Under the pieces are notes generated by a model. It was not told where the DNA came from. It made no database searches and saw nothing but the letters and a program-made list of their open reading frames with translations. From UHGV virus genome UHGV-0090851: a stretch of 37,840 nt of DNA. One strand, 5' to 3'. Made by a program: the position numbers and the translations under genes. Positions within the stretch are counted from its first letter, which is position 1. Each line of letters begins with the position of its first letter. This document shows, piece after piece, positions 18,591 to 27,706 of this stretch. The DNA comes from a virus.

Positions 18591-20324
18591 TTAAAGCGAG
18601 CGGATCCCATAGGACTCAATGTGGTCAGACAGCGTGTCTTCTTTCTCGTACAGCATGGCTCTGCCAACCGCCATAATCAGCGCAACTGCACCATCGATTT
18701 TGTTTTCCGCCTGCTCTTTGACGGGCTTCACCACATCATCGTTACCCGGAATGGTTTTGCCGACCACGTTGCCGATACACCAGGTCATGATGGGATTGCC
18801 ATCATGATGAAAGCGCCCCGATTCAATTGCCGCTTCCAGCTCTTTCATCGGGTCGGACATGTTGGTGTAGTTCTGAATGATGGTGACGGGGTTCAGGTCT
18901 TCATCAGCAAGGTCATGTGAGAGCCCGGTCGCCCCGAAGGGGTCGATGGGTGACTCGCTGACCGGGCTGATTTTGTTCGCCGCTTTGGCCTCTTCGAGGA
19001 TGTAGCGATAATCCACCTCTGCACCATCGGTAACGGTCAGGACGCCCATTTCCACCCATTTCTGAAAGCGTTCGGCTGTCCGGCGATCTTCATTTTTCTC
19101 GACGCTGTACACCGTGTCATACGGTACCCAGAAACGCGGGGCCACACTGTAGTAATGCGTTTTACCGTCAATCTCGCGGGTATAAAGTCGCGCCATGCTG
19201 TTCATATCCAGCTTACGCGCCAGGTCAAAGGCCAGAATGCACGGCTGCCCCTCGAACTGCTCAAGGGTCAGTGATTTATCCTCGCAGCTCTGCCAGCTCA
19301 CCAGGTTGAAATACGCCGAACGCGCCGACACCCAGATATTGAGGTGTTTTGTTTTAAAGACGTTTGCCAGACGGGCGTTATTTTTCGCACGCTGCTGCTG
19401 ACTTAACAAAAATTCGCGATAAACCGACACGCCAATATTCGGGTTAGCTTTTTCCAGCACCTGCGGGTCGGTCCAGTCGTCTCCTTCATCAACGGTATAG
19501 ATGATCCCGAACAGTTCATCGTTAGGCACCGAGCCGTTGAGCATCTCGATGACTTCCCGCCGCTTGTCGTAGCACGGCCCCTCAATGTTGTACCCGGCGG
19601 TAGTGATGGCCCACATCAGTGGCTGACGTCGCGCCCCCATCCCGGTAAGCATTGTGGTATAAAGCGCATCGGTGGCATGCTCGTGATATTCATCAACCAC
19701 GGCACAGTGGGGTGATGAACCATCACCGGGGTTGCCGATCAGCGGTTCAAACCGCGCGCCATCCTCCGGACGGTTCATGTTTGAGGCGTTAACCTCAATC
19801 CCGAACGCTTCCGTCAGCATGGGTGTGCGTTTACACATCAGTCGCGCCGGGCGAAAGACTTCCCACGCCTGTTTCTCTGTCGTGGCACCGGAATACACTT
19901 CCGCGCCAAACTCGTTATCACAGGCAAAACAATACAGGGCAACACCGGCAGAGATTGCCGATTTGCCGTTCTTACGGGGGATTTCGGTATACACCTCCCT
20001 GAAGCGGCGCAGCCGGGAGCCTTTATTGACCCAGCCAAACGCACAGCAGATCACAAAGAGCTGCCACGGCTCCAGCGTGATGGGCATCCGTTTGAATGCC
20101 CACTCACCCTTGGTGTGCGGCAACAGCTGAATAAATTTCGCAGCCCGTTCAGCCAGGTCCTTGTCGAAGCGGTAACGAAACGACTTACTTTTTTCCACCA
20201 TCAGGTCATCAAGATGGCGCTGGCAGGCCTGAATCACAAACTGGCAGGCAACAATCTTTCCGCGCACGACATCCCGGGCATACTGATTGGCAGCATTTAC
20301 GTTGGGGTAAGATTTCCGGCTCAT
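18591..20324 (-). CDS. Terminase large subunit
   Basis: 577 aa; ATPase and nuclease regions; ATGA overlap with the small-subunit stop. Confidence 0.9.
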   Translation of the reverse strand: MSRKSYPNVNAANQYARDVVRGKIVACQFVIQACQRHLDDLMVEKSKSFRYRFDKDLAERAAKFIQLLPHTKGEWAFKRMPITLEPWQLFVICCAFGWVNKGSRLRRFREVYTEIPRKNGKSAISAGVALYCFACDNEFGAEVYSGATTEKQAWEVFRPARLMCKRTPMLTEAFGIEVNASNMNRPEDGARFEPLIGNPGDGSSPHCAVVDEYHEHATDALYTTMLTGMGARRQPLMWAITTAGYNIEGPCYDKRREVIEMLNGSVPNDELFGIIYTVDEGDDWTDPQVLEKANPNIGVSVYREFLLSQQQRAKNNARLANVFKTKHLNIWVSARSAYFNLVSWQSCEDKSLTLEQFEGQPCILAFDLARKLDMNSMARLYTREIDGKTHYYSVAPRFWVPYDTVYSVEKNEDRRTAERFQKWVEMGVLTVTDGAEVDYRYILEEAKAANKISPVSESPIDPFGATGLSHDLADEDLNPVTIIQNYTNMSDPMKELEAAIESGRFHHDGNPIMTWCIGNVVGKTIPGNDDVVKPVKEQAENKIDGAVALIMAVGRAMLYEKEDTLSDHIESYGIRSL

Positions 20325-20815
20325 GACTCGATGATTTTCAGAAACGGGTTAGTGGCTTTCTTCTGCCCCGCCAGGCCAATCAGACGCTGGCGGCTGCTGG
20401 GGTCGAGTCCGAGCATTGCCCCCGTGCTGCTCATCTCGGACTCCTGTTCTTTCTTGGCGGTCAGCTCCGGGTTTTTGACCATACCGCCCATTGCACCGGT
20501 AATGGTGTTGCCCTGGCTGGCAATATTTTTCACGGCACGTCGCCAGAACTCATAGGCCACGCACCACCGCTCAAGCACCGCGAGGTCAGTCACGCACAGC
20601 AAGCCCTGACCGCAGAGTTCTTTGGTTGTCAGTTGCCACATGATCGTGGCGAGAGGGAGATCTTCTTCAGCGAACCACTCCGGTGGCTCAACACCTTTGA
20701 TGGGCGTAAAAACAGGTTCATCTTTATTCAGGGCTCGCTTGCCGGGGTTTCCGGCAAGCGCCTTGCGCGCCGTTGGCTTGGGGCGACGCCCGGAACGCCC
20801 CGCCGTTCCAGCCAT
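20321..20815 (-). CDS. Terminase small subunit (P27 family-like)
   Basis: Start taken at ATG 20813-20815 (SD AGGAG 8 nt upstream); the table ORF starts at GTG 20824. Confidence 0.7.
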   Translation of the reverse strand: MAGTAGRSGRRPKPTARKALAGNPGKRALNKDEPVFTPIKGVEPPEWFAEEDLPLATIMWQLTTKELCGQGLLCVTDLAVLERWCVAYEFWRRAVKNIASQGNTITGAMGGMVKNPELTAKKEQESEMSSTGAMLGLDPSSRQRLIGLAGQKKATNPFLKIIES

Positions 20816-20824
20816 ATGCGGCAC

Positions 20825-20940
20825 TCCTGGTTAAATTTCATTTTTCGCGGGTATAAAAAAACGATGGGGCGGGCAGTCCGGAAGACGTCAGGTCACAGAG
20901 ATTTGACCCGCCCCTCCCCTCAGACAGTTGAGAGTTATTA
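20825..20940. other. Candidate cos / packaging-site region
   Basis: 116-bp non-coding gap between HNH endonuclease and terminase small subunit with a G-rich inverted repeat (GGGGCGGGC...GCCCGCCCC). Confidence 0.3.
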
Positions 20941-21291
20941 TCACTTAAGCCGTTCACGGGCCGTCTTCGCCTTATGACACGGCCAGCACAGACTCTGCAG
21001 ATTACTGTCGGCATCAGTGCCGCCATGTGCTTTAGGGATGATGTGGTCAACGGTTTTCGCTTCACGCGCCACACCGGCACGCAGACATAACTGACACAGG
21101 CCTTTGTCACGTTGCAGCACACGCACACGGATAACATCCCACTTAGAACCATAACCGCGCTGATGACGGGATTGTCCTGACTTGTATTGCTTCCAGCCTT
21201 CGCTTTTGTGGCTTTCGCAGTAGCCTGACGGGTCTGTCGTGGTATTACGGCAGCCGCGAACGCGGCAGGCTTTTGGAGTTCGAGGGGGCAT
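20941..21291 (-). CDS. HNH endonuclease (terminase-associated)
   Basis: 116 aa with Cys-rich zinc knuckles and an HNH-type motif (VDHIIPKAHGGTDADSNLQSLCWPCH); immediately upstream of the terminase. Confidence 0.85.
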   Translation of the reverse strand: MPPRTPKACRVRGCRNTTTDPSGYCESHKSEGWKQYKSGQSRHQRGYGSKWDVIRVRVLQRDKGLCQLCLRAGVAREAKTVDHIIPKAHGGTDADSNLQSLCWPCHKAKTARERLK

Positions 21292-21317
21292 AAATATATT
21301 CCTGATCTTTGTCCGGA

Positions 21318-21590
21318 CTATTTGCCTGCTGCCAGCAAAGCGTTACGGCGCATCTCGATACTTCGAATCCCCGCTTTGTCAATATTGCATTGTCCCAACG
21401 CCGAAAGCAGGCTCACATTCAGATCCAGACTGGCCCCATAGGTCAGCGGCTCGGGAATGACTGGCTGGGGAGTTTCAGTAGTCAGGCTTGCTGGCAACGG
21501 TACCGCCGGAATCGGTACGTAAACTGTTCGCGTACTTCCGCAACCGGTCAGCAGCGGCAGCAGGCACAGGACGTGAAGCACAATCATCAT
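21318..21590 (-). CDS. Rz1-like outer-membrane spanin (o-spanin) in the +1 frame of Rz
   Basis: Internal ATG at 21588-21590 gives MMIVLHVLCLLPLLTGC..., a lipobox followed by a Pro-rich mature region; overlaps the Rz 3' end and extends beyond it. Confidence 0.6.
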   Translation of the reverse strand: MMIVLHVLCLLPLLTGCGSTRTVYVPIPAVPLPASLTTETPQPVIPEPLTYGASLDLNVSLLSALGQCNIDKAGIRSIEMRRNALLAAGK

Positions 21591-21867
21591 CCGCAACAGC
21601 CACTTTGATATCTTCCTGGGTTCTCTGTGACTCCAGTGTGATCTGCTGTTTTGCATGCTGGTTAGCCTCCAGAACTGTATTGACGATTTGCAGTGATTGC
21701 AGGACGTTATTGGTAATGACAGTTGCCGATTTGGCATTTTGTACAGCCTCATCAGCACGTTTCTTTTCGTGCTGATATTTGCTGTAGTAGTGGTTGGCAG
21801 ACCAGATGAAAGAACCGATGACAGTAAAGAAGAATGCAGCGATAACCAGCTTATAGCTCAACTTCAT
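21475..21867 (-). CDS. Rz-like inner-membrane spanin (i-spanin)
   Basis: 130 aa with N-terminal TM segment and coiled-coil periplasmic region; overlaps the endolysin stop. Confidence 0.75.
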   Translation of the reverse strand: MKLSYKLVIAAFFFTVIGSFIWSANHYYSKYQHEKKRADEAVQNAKSATVITNNVLQSLQIVNTVLEANQHAKQQITLESQRTQEDIKVAVADDDCASRPVPAAAADRLRKYANSLRTDSGGTVASKPDY

Positions 21868-22327
21868 TTACCACCCCACCAGCCTCTTTAAACCGGGAAA
21901 TCAGATCACTGATTTTATGTTCATACTGACCATAACCTGCACCAGGTAACGACGCCCAGATATTGCTGCAACGATCGATAGCCTGACGGATATCACCGCG
22001 ATCAATCATCGGTAAAGCGCCACGCTCCTTAATCTGCTGCAATGCCACAGCGTCCTGGCTTTTCGGAGAGAAGTCTTTCAGGCCAAGCTGCTTACGATAG
22101 GCATCCCACCAACGGGAAAGAAGCTGGTAACGTCCGGCGGCTGTTGATTTGAGTTTTGGGTTTAGCGTGACAAGTTTGCGAGGGTGATCGGAGTAATCAG
22201 TGAACAGTTCGCCACCAACAATAACATCATAACCGTGGTTACGTGTCGGTTGTCGCCCGTTATCCGTTCCTTCTGACCATGCCACCATATCCAGGAAAGC
22301 TTTACGCTGGGAATTTAGTGCCTGCAT
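21851..22327 (-). CDS. R: Endolysin, lambda R-like lytic transglycosylase
   Basis: 158 aa; near-identity over long stretches to lambda R as recalled (QRKAFLDMVAWSEGTDNGRQ...RYQLLSRWWDAYRKQLGLKDFSPKSQDAVALQQI). Confidence 0.9.
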   Translation of the reverse strand: MQALNSQRKAFLDMVAWSEGTDNGRQPTRNHGYDVIVGGELFTDYSDHPRKLVTLNPKLKSTAAGRYQLLSRWWDAYRKQLGLKDFSPKSQDAVALQQIKERGALPMIDRGDIRQAIDRCSNIWASLPGAGYGQYEHKISDLISRFKEAGGVVNEVEL

Positions 22328-22330
22328 AAA

Positions 22331-22666
22331 TTACTCCTTCGAGCTACCAAATTTGTTACCGATTACTCGCATTGCAGCCCCACGAATAGCATCGACACCG
22401 ATCAGCCCCACGCCACCACCAATGGCAACAGAAAGCGATTTAGGCCATCCGACATATTCAAGAGCGGATGCAAAGGTCAGCGTCAGAGCGCCACAGAGCA
22501 AAATCTCGAGCGTTTTTCGCTTCCAGCCACCACCACCGCCAAAATAGGCGATGCGCAAACCAGCCATAACGATCGACATAATCACTGCACCCAGCGGTGT
22601 GTCTCCACGCCACCAGCTCTGAAACAACTCCAGCCAGTCCGGCCAGGTATTTGGGTTATGAGGCAT
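22331..22666 (-). CDS. Holin (lambda S-like, class I)
   Basis: Start taken at ATG 22664-22666 (about 111 aa, three hydrophobic segments); the table ORF extends to a GTG at 22762 that overlaps the methyltransferase gene. Confidence 0.6.
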   Translation of the reverse strand: MPHNPNTWPDWLELFQSWWRGDTPLGAVIMSIVMAGLRIAYFGGGGGWKRKTLEILLCGALTLTFASALEYVGWPKSLSVAIGGGVGLIGVDAIRGAAMRVIGNKFGSSKE

Positions 22667-22742
22667 TTCGTCATCTCTCACCTCGCGATATTTGCGGGTG
22701 CTGTGTTGGAAATAAAAAGGCCACGCAACGTGGCCACCAGAA

Positions 22743-23795
22743 TTATTTCCCCACCAGTTCACTTACCTCTTTCACCGTCTGATTAAACCGCTCTGACTCA
22801 AGTTCAACACCTAACGCCCGACGCCCCAGCGCCATTGCTGCTTTTATTGTGGAACCGGATCCCATAAAGAAATCAGCAACCAGATCACCAGGTCGACTAC
22901 TGGCATTGATTATTTGCCGGAGCATATCCGTCGGTTTCTCGCACGGATGTTTACCCGGGTAGAACTGAACGGGCTTATGCGTCCAGACATCGGTATAAGG
23001 CACGGAGACTGATACGGAGAAATAGCGCCGGAGAGATTTAAACTCATCCAGCAATTCAGAATATTTGCGATTCAGTGAATCATAAGATGCCACCAGCTGG
23101 TGGTGTGGTTGTTCCAGTTGTTGTTCCTGAAACTTCTCTGCCGCTATACGGGAAAACAGTGCCTGTAACTTCCGATAGTCAGCCTCATTCGGCAACTGCC
23201 ACTGACTGGCACCAAACCAGTGGGAAACCATATTTTTCTTACCTGTGGCTTCGGCAATTTGTTTTGCCGTTATACCCAGTTCGGCACGAGCATCCCTGAA
23301 ATACGATATCAGCGGTGCCATTATGTGCTGTTTGAGTTCCCTTTCTTTTGCCGCATAGCCGTCACTTTTGCCGCGATATGGCCCCCGGTAATGTTCAGCA
23401 AACAGAACGCGCTCTGTGGCAGGAAAATATGCGCGCAGACTTTCTTTATTACACCCATTCCAACGTCCGGACGGCTTCGCCCAGATGATATGGTTAAGCA
23501 CGTTGAAACGTTCACGCATCATGATCTCAATATCAGATGCCAGGCGATGCCCACAGAACAGGTAAAGGCTTCCGGCAGGTTTCAACACCCGCCAGAACTG
23601 GGCCAGACAGTGGTCCAGCCACTTAAGGTAATCTTCGTCCCCTTTCCACTGATTGTCCCAACCGTTAGGTTTCACCTTGAAGTAAGGCGGATCGGTAACA
23701 ATCAGGTCAATGGAATCATCAGGCAGGGACTGAATAAAATGCAGGCAATCAGCGTTGATTAAATCAACACTGTTTATTTTTACAGTATTTTTCAT
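22743..23795 (-). CDS. DNA methyltransferase, beta-class (DPPY then FxGxG), probably N6-adenine
   Basis: 350 aa; DPPY motif near the N-terminus (LIVTDPPYF) and AdoMet-binding motif near the C-terminus (DFFMGSGST); ATG verified; no adjacent restriction endonuclease. Confidence 0.85.
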   Translation of the reverse strand: MKNTVKINSVDLINADCLHFIQSLPDDSIDLIVTDPPYFKVKPNGWDNQWKGDEDYLKWLDHCLAQFWRVLKPAGSLYLFCGHRLASDIEIMMRERFNVLNHIIWAKPSGRWNGCNKESLRAYFPATERVLFAEHYRGPYRGKSDGYAAKERELKQHIMAPLISYFRDARAELGITAKQIAEATGKKNMVSHWFGASQWQLPNEADYRKLQALFSRIAAEKFQEQQLEQPHHQLVASYDSLNRKYSELLDEFKSLRRYFSVSVSVPYTDVWTHKPVQFYPGKHPCEKPTDMLRQIINASSRPGDLVADFFMGSGSTIKAAMALGRRALGVELESERFNQTVKEVSELVGK

Positions 23796-23945
23796 GGATC
23801 AGTAAGCGTAACTCTGGTAGGCTCACTCTGCTTTTGCGCTAAAGCAGTGGGCCGTGGTTCGCTTGTGACCAGTAAGCATGAGCGAATGGCTGGCAGGTGC
23901 TACCAACACCCACCAGCCGCCCATTTTCACAGCAGGAAACCGCCA

Positions 23946-24173
23946 TTACTGGCAGCGTCTGAATTTATTCCCGTACCCGCCGTTATCCTTCGCCAGACCC
24001 GCCAGAACTAACTGAGTCAGTATTAACTGGCACCGGGCTTCGCTTACTCCGGTAGTTCTCGTCATCATGCGTGGCGTTACCCACTTGTCAGCAGGTAAGA
24101 AATGAAGGACTGCGGCGGCGGTTTCTGTCATATCTTGCTGTTTTAGCATGTCTTTTTCCCTTCTGGTTAACAT
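23946..24173 (-). CDS. Hypothetical small protein, first ORF after tR'
   Basis: 75 aa (or 67 aa from the internal ATG at 24149); possible HTH-like segment; function unknown. Confidence 0.35.
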   Translation of the reverse strand: MLTRREKDMLKQQDMTETAAAVLHFLPADKWVTPRMMTRTTGVSEARCQLILTQLVLAGLAKDNGGYGNKFRRCQ

Positions 24174-24269
24174 GACATACCAATAACTCTTGTCTAAAAA
24201 TCCAGCAAGATAAAAAGTCAGTATTCACGACCACCAGCGTGTTTACTGTACTGCACCAAGTTTACAGGT

Positions 24270-24293
24270 ACAAAAAACCCGCTCAGTGGCGGG
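24270..24293 (-). terminator. Intrinsic terminator tR' (target of Q antitermination)
   Basis: Minus-strand CCCGCCACTGAGCGGG followed by TTTTTT, about 65 nt downstream of the predicted pR' start. Confidence 0.65.
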
Positions 24294-24341
24294 TTCTTAA
24301 ATCTTATCAACGGTAGACATACAAAGCCCATCGTTGGGAAA

Positions 24342-24370
24342 ATCTTATCCATATTTTTTGAAAAATGCAA
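24342..24370 (-). promoter_or_regulatory. Putative late promoter pR' (with qut region)
   Basis: Minus-strand TTGCAT, 17-nt spacer, TAAGAT, immediately downstream of the Q gene and upstream of tR'. Confidence 0.45.
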
Positions 24371-24401
24371 GCATCATGTCGCCATCTTCGGCGAAAATCA
24401 T

Positions 24402-25154
24402 TTATCTTGTCACTTTTCTCAATTGTGTCTCTGCATATGCTTCTTCCTGCCAGCACTTTGTAACCAGTTTATCAATGACATCTGCATATCCTTTGTACCA
24501 CTGATAATCCGTCAGATCCGGTACCAGCTTCTGGACATGATGCCGCGCCAGTGTGGTTGGTAAACGGCTAAACCGGTTTCCATTGCAACGCCCACAAACC
24601 TTATAAACAGGCGCACCATGAAGCCGGGTTCTTTTTTCATCCAGGACAATACCTTTACCCTTACACCCTCTGCACGCTGTGCTGACTTCTCCCTTACCAT
24701 GACAATGCTGACATAGTTCCTTCACCCACTCTTCCTTGATAACAGATTCCCCGCTTCTGGAGTGTTTCACCACTTCGCGCAATACATTATGAAATCCAGT
24801 ACCAGCACAATGCTCACAGCGAGCCTTACTTGCCGCAGACCTGGAATAATCAGCAAAGGCAAAATTCACAAGGTAAGGAATAATCTGTAGCCGGGTTTCT
24901 TCACTCAATTTATTCAATGTCGGGTTATCCAGTGCCATCGCGTAATTGAGCAGACCTTCAATCGCAAACTGAGGATCCTGAACACCAACTTTTGCCAGGA
25001 ATAAGGCAAACCCAAGCGGTGCTTTCGACTGCACCATCCCCTGCGCAGCCATCACATCCGTAATTGTTAAACCACCAGAGCCTGTCGCCGGTGCGTCATC
25101 GCTCAATTTTGGAGATTTTGGGGAGTAATATTTCGGTAAGGCTTCAAGGTTCAT
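24402..25154 (-). CDS. Late-gene antiterminator Q-like protein
   Basis: Several CxxC zinc-ribbon motifs; position immediately upstream of pR'/tR' and the lysis cassette. Start preferred at ATG 25152-25154 (SD GGAGA) over the table's GTG at 25181. Confidence 0.7.
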   Translation of the reverse strand: MNLEALPKYYSPKSPKLSDDAPATGSGGLTITDVMAAQGMVQSKAPLGFALFLAKVGVQDPQFAIEGLLNYAMALDNPTLNKLSEETRLQIIPYLVNFAFADYSRSAASKARCEHCAGTGFHNVLREVVKHSRSGESVIKEEWVKELCQHCHGKGEVSTACRGCKGKGIVLDEKRTRLHGAPVYKVCGRCNGNRFSRLPTTLARHHVQKLVPDLTDYQWYKGYADVIDKLVTKCWQEEAYAETQLRKVTR

Positions 25155-25167
25155 GCTCGTTCTCCAC

Positions 25168-26163
25168 TTACGCCAGTACACCTATTGCCAGCGCACGATC
25201 GATAAAACGAAATATCAGCTCCAGCTGGGAGCCATACTTCTCTTCAAATGCCACGGTATCCGCATGCAGCTCGTCGTGATGCTTTCTGCACAAAGGCAAC
25301 ACAAAAAGGTCATGCGCTTTTGTTCCCATTCCACCCTGACCGTGACCTATCAGGTGGTGGGGATCATCAGCGGGCTTTCCACAACATGCACACGGCTGTG
25401 TCTTAACCCAGCGCGTGTACTTTTCATTAACCCAGCGGCGACGTTTTGGGCGTAACATAAAAGACTCCGGCGACTCCGGATCCACTTTCAGCGCCAGCAC
25501 CTTTTTCGCCTTATCCTGGATGATGCTGGTGGCAGGAACCGAAGGCACAAGGTCACTTTCCCGGGTGACAGACGGCACAACAGGCTTCGGTAATCTCAGT
25601 GCCTTACGGGCTGCACTTTCCGGTAAGGCGTCCGCCAGGTCATTACGAATCAGCCACCAGCACAGTTCCGGCATTGTCACAACGTGACTGTCATCAAAAC
25701 CGAGATCCCGACGCACAACAGACAACACCCAGCGGGCACAGTTATCCGTTGCCATTGATTCCAGCCGTTCCGTGAACTGATCGCGCAGCTGGTTATCGCA
25801 GTGCCAGCACAGACGGATTGCGCCCGGAGCGTGTCGCATTGTTGTCATGTTCTCGCTGTGCCAGTCGGAATGAAGCCACTGGCAGCCTTTTTCACGAAGT
25901 AACCAGCTTTCAAGACATTCCACGCCACCAGCACGACGGATCACTGCCTCATTGCGGAACACGGCCCGAACGGCAGGATCATCCGCCAGCGGTTGTGATG
26001 CCGCGGGAACGGCACCACTGGCGAAAGATGAATAACGTTCCGGCTCAGGCTCCAGCAGGACACGCCCCTGCATAAACAAGGGCATCAGCTCTGAACCTGG
26101 CCTGAACAATACGATCCCCATACGCGGGGCAATTTCAGGGGTCAGTAGTGCTCTCACGGTCAC
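25168..26163 (-). CDS. Conserved lambdoid nin-region protein (DUF968-like, C-terminal Cys/His cluster)
   Basis: 331 aa; CACCGK...HH...H cluster; GTG start; family name from memory only. Confidence 0.5.
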   Translation of the reverse strand: MTVRALLTPEIAPRMGIVLFRPGSELMPLFMQGRVLLEPEPERYSSFASGAVPAASQPLADDPAVRAVFRNEAVIRRAGGVECLESWLLREKGCQWLHSDWHSENMTTMRHAPGAIRLCWHCDNQLRDQFTERLESMATDNCARWVLSVVRRDLGFDDSHVVTMPELCWWLIRNDLADALPESAARKALRLPKPVVPSVTRESDLVPSVPATSIIQDKAKKVLALKVDPESPESFMLRPKRRRWVNEKYTRWVKTQPCACCGKPADDPHHLIGHGQGGMGTKAHDLFVLPLCRKHHDELHADTVAFEEKYGSQLELIFRFIDRALAIGVLA

Positions 26164-26164
26164 C

Positions 26165-26974
26165 TCAATGAACGGTATCGAGCAGCTTTAACAGCTCTGG
26201 GAATCGGGATTCGAAGAAATGCGGCTGCGTCTCGCGCGGATTTGCGGGACTGGTGATGTTCTTGCCGAACATGCAGCCTTTCGCCGTCAGCGACCAGAAT
26301 TTTTTGATGTTGTTAATCGCTGTACGGCTGTATCGTTCGCGCTGTTCGACGATCCCCAGCTTCGCCATCTGGTGATATGCCTGATTAGCCGTAAGGCGGA
26401 TACCATACTGTTTCAGCAGTGCACTCAGCGACAGCGTAGGGCGACTTGAGCCATCAGGCGCGTCAGCAGGAGCATCAATGGCATAGCGCGGTGCCAGATT
26501 CGGTAAGCCAACAGCCTCCTGGAGTTTCTGACAGGCACCAAGCACAGATGAGTTAGACAGGTTTAACTCCCGGCGCATAAAGTCCAGCAGAATCACGCCA
26601 GCCTGCATCTTGTCAGCAGCCTGTCCGGATAACTTTTCCGGCGCGCTGGTTACCATATCGAAAGTACGGATCACCTTCAGATGGAATGACGGGCTGATCC
26701 ACATTGCATAGGCATACACCAGTTCCTTACAGACATACGTTCCCCGTTCATTTCCCCCATGAATCACACTCACCGGGTCAACACCCAAATTCTGGGTGTT
26801 GGTCAATTCATGAACAAGCTCAACAGTTTGTTGGCTGGAAAGAAACTTTCCCGGCTCCTTGGTTCTGGCATTTGCACCAGATGCTACTGCTGCGCGATGC
26901 AGATCGTTCAGGCTGTAACGCCCATAAGCATCACGACGAACTTCAATACCATCAATGACCATCAGATTATTCAT
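26165..26974 (-). CDS. KilA-N domain protein
   Basis: Start at ATG 26972-26974 with strong SD AGGAGA; N-terminus MNNLMVIDGIEVRRDAYGRYSLNDLHRAA typical of KilA-N. Confidence 0.7.
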   Translation of the reverse strand: MNNLMVIDGIEVRRDAYGRYSLNDLHRAAVASGANARTKEPGKFLSSQQTVELVHELTNTQNLGVDPVSVIHGGNERGTYVCKELVYAYAMWISPSFHLKVIRTFDMVTSAPEKLSGQAADKMQAGVILLDFMRRELNLSNSSVLGACQKLQEAVGLPNLAPRYAIDAPADAPDGSSRPTLSLSALLKQYGIRLTANQAYHQMAKLGIVEQRERYSRTAINNIKKFWSLTAKGCMFGKNITSPANPRETQPHFFESRFPELLKLLDTVH

Positions 26975-26993
26975 ACTTCGTTTCTCCTTTTGC

Positions 26994-27383
26994 TCAGGCG
27001 GCTGCACCCGCCGTTTTCTCGTACTTACTGATAGTGATCTCGACCTTCCCTTCCGGGATAACCGGTCCCCACTCCACCAGCATTCTTTTCACCTGTCTGT
27101 CGTCTTCCCACACACCCGCGTGGGTCAGGGCGTCAAACAGCGCCTTGTTATAGTTGTCCAGATCGCGGATCCGGTTATCCGGAGGAAACAACACGATCTC
27201 CACTGAAGCAGGTGCCGACGTTGGTTTTGGCAGACGACGTAACTGCTCAACTATTGCTGCGCACGCCGCGCTCTGAAATTTTCGCCCCGCCGCGCTTATC
27301 AGGCTCTTACCAGAAAATGCCCCTTTGTTGGGGTGTCGCCAGTACGTGTTCACGCTGGGCGGAAAAGGCAGGATCAGCTTCAT
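26994..27383 (-). CDS. rusA: Holliday junction resolvase RusA
   Basis: 129 aa; RusA-like motifs (LPFPPSVNTYW...RDLDNYNKALFDALTHAGVWEDDRQV). Confidence 0.85.
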   Translation of the reverse strand: MKLILPFPPSVNTYWRHPNKGAFSGKSLISAAGRKFQSAACAAIVEQLRRLPKPTSAPASVEIVLFPPDNRIRDLDNYNKALFDALTHAGVWEDDRQVKRMLVEWGPVIPEGKVEITISKYEKTAGAAA

Positions 27384-27706
27384 ACTTTCAGGTCCCTCTC
27401 ATGTAACCAGTGGGTTGCACGCAGCCTTGCGTTTTCCTCACCGGCAAGCAGTGCGCGGATAATCCCGACCGCCTCGCTGTCGTCGTCCTTCACCGCGGTA
27501 TGAAGCGTTATCCCCCGGGCCACGCCACGCTTTATCGTGATGACGCCTTTTTTCTCCAGTGCGCGAAGATGCTCCACCGCTGCATTCACTGAACGGTATC
27601 CCAGCATGGTTGCCACCTCCTGATTGGTTGGCGGAAAGCCACGCTCTTTCTGATAAGAAATCAGCATATCCAGCACCTGCTGCTGGCATTGAGTTAATGT
27701 CGTCAT
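27380..27706 (-). CDS. LexA N-terminal DNA-binding-domain homolog lacking the S24 peptidase domain
   Basis: 108 aa; strong similarity to the LexA winged-HTH as recalled, including the recognition helix (SVNAAVEHLRALEKKGVI vs LexA SPNAAEEHLKALARKGVI); no catalytic domain. Confidence 0.7.
   Translation of the reverse strand: MTTLTQCQQQVLDMLISYQKERGFPPTNQEVATMLGYRSVNAAVEHLRALEKKGVITIKRGVARGITLHTAVKDDDSEAVGIIRALLAGEENARLRATHWLHERDLKV

Noticed and set aside
22667-22762. Holin start at GTG 22762
   Set aside because: It would add 32 residues overlapping the methyltransferase gene; the internal ATG at 22666 gives a holin of typical length. The longer form is not excluded.
23796-23945. tRNA gene in the gap between the small late ORF and the methyltransferase
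   Set aside because: No GTTCRANYC T-loop or cloverleaf-compatible stems could be found by eye.
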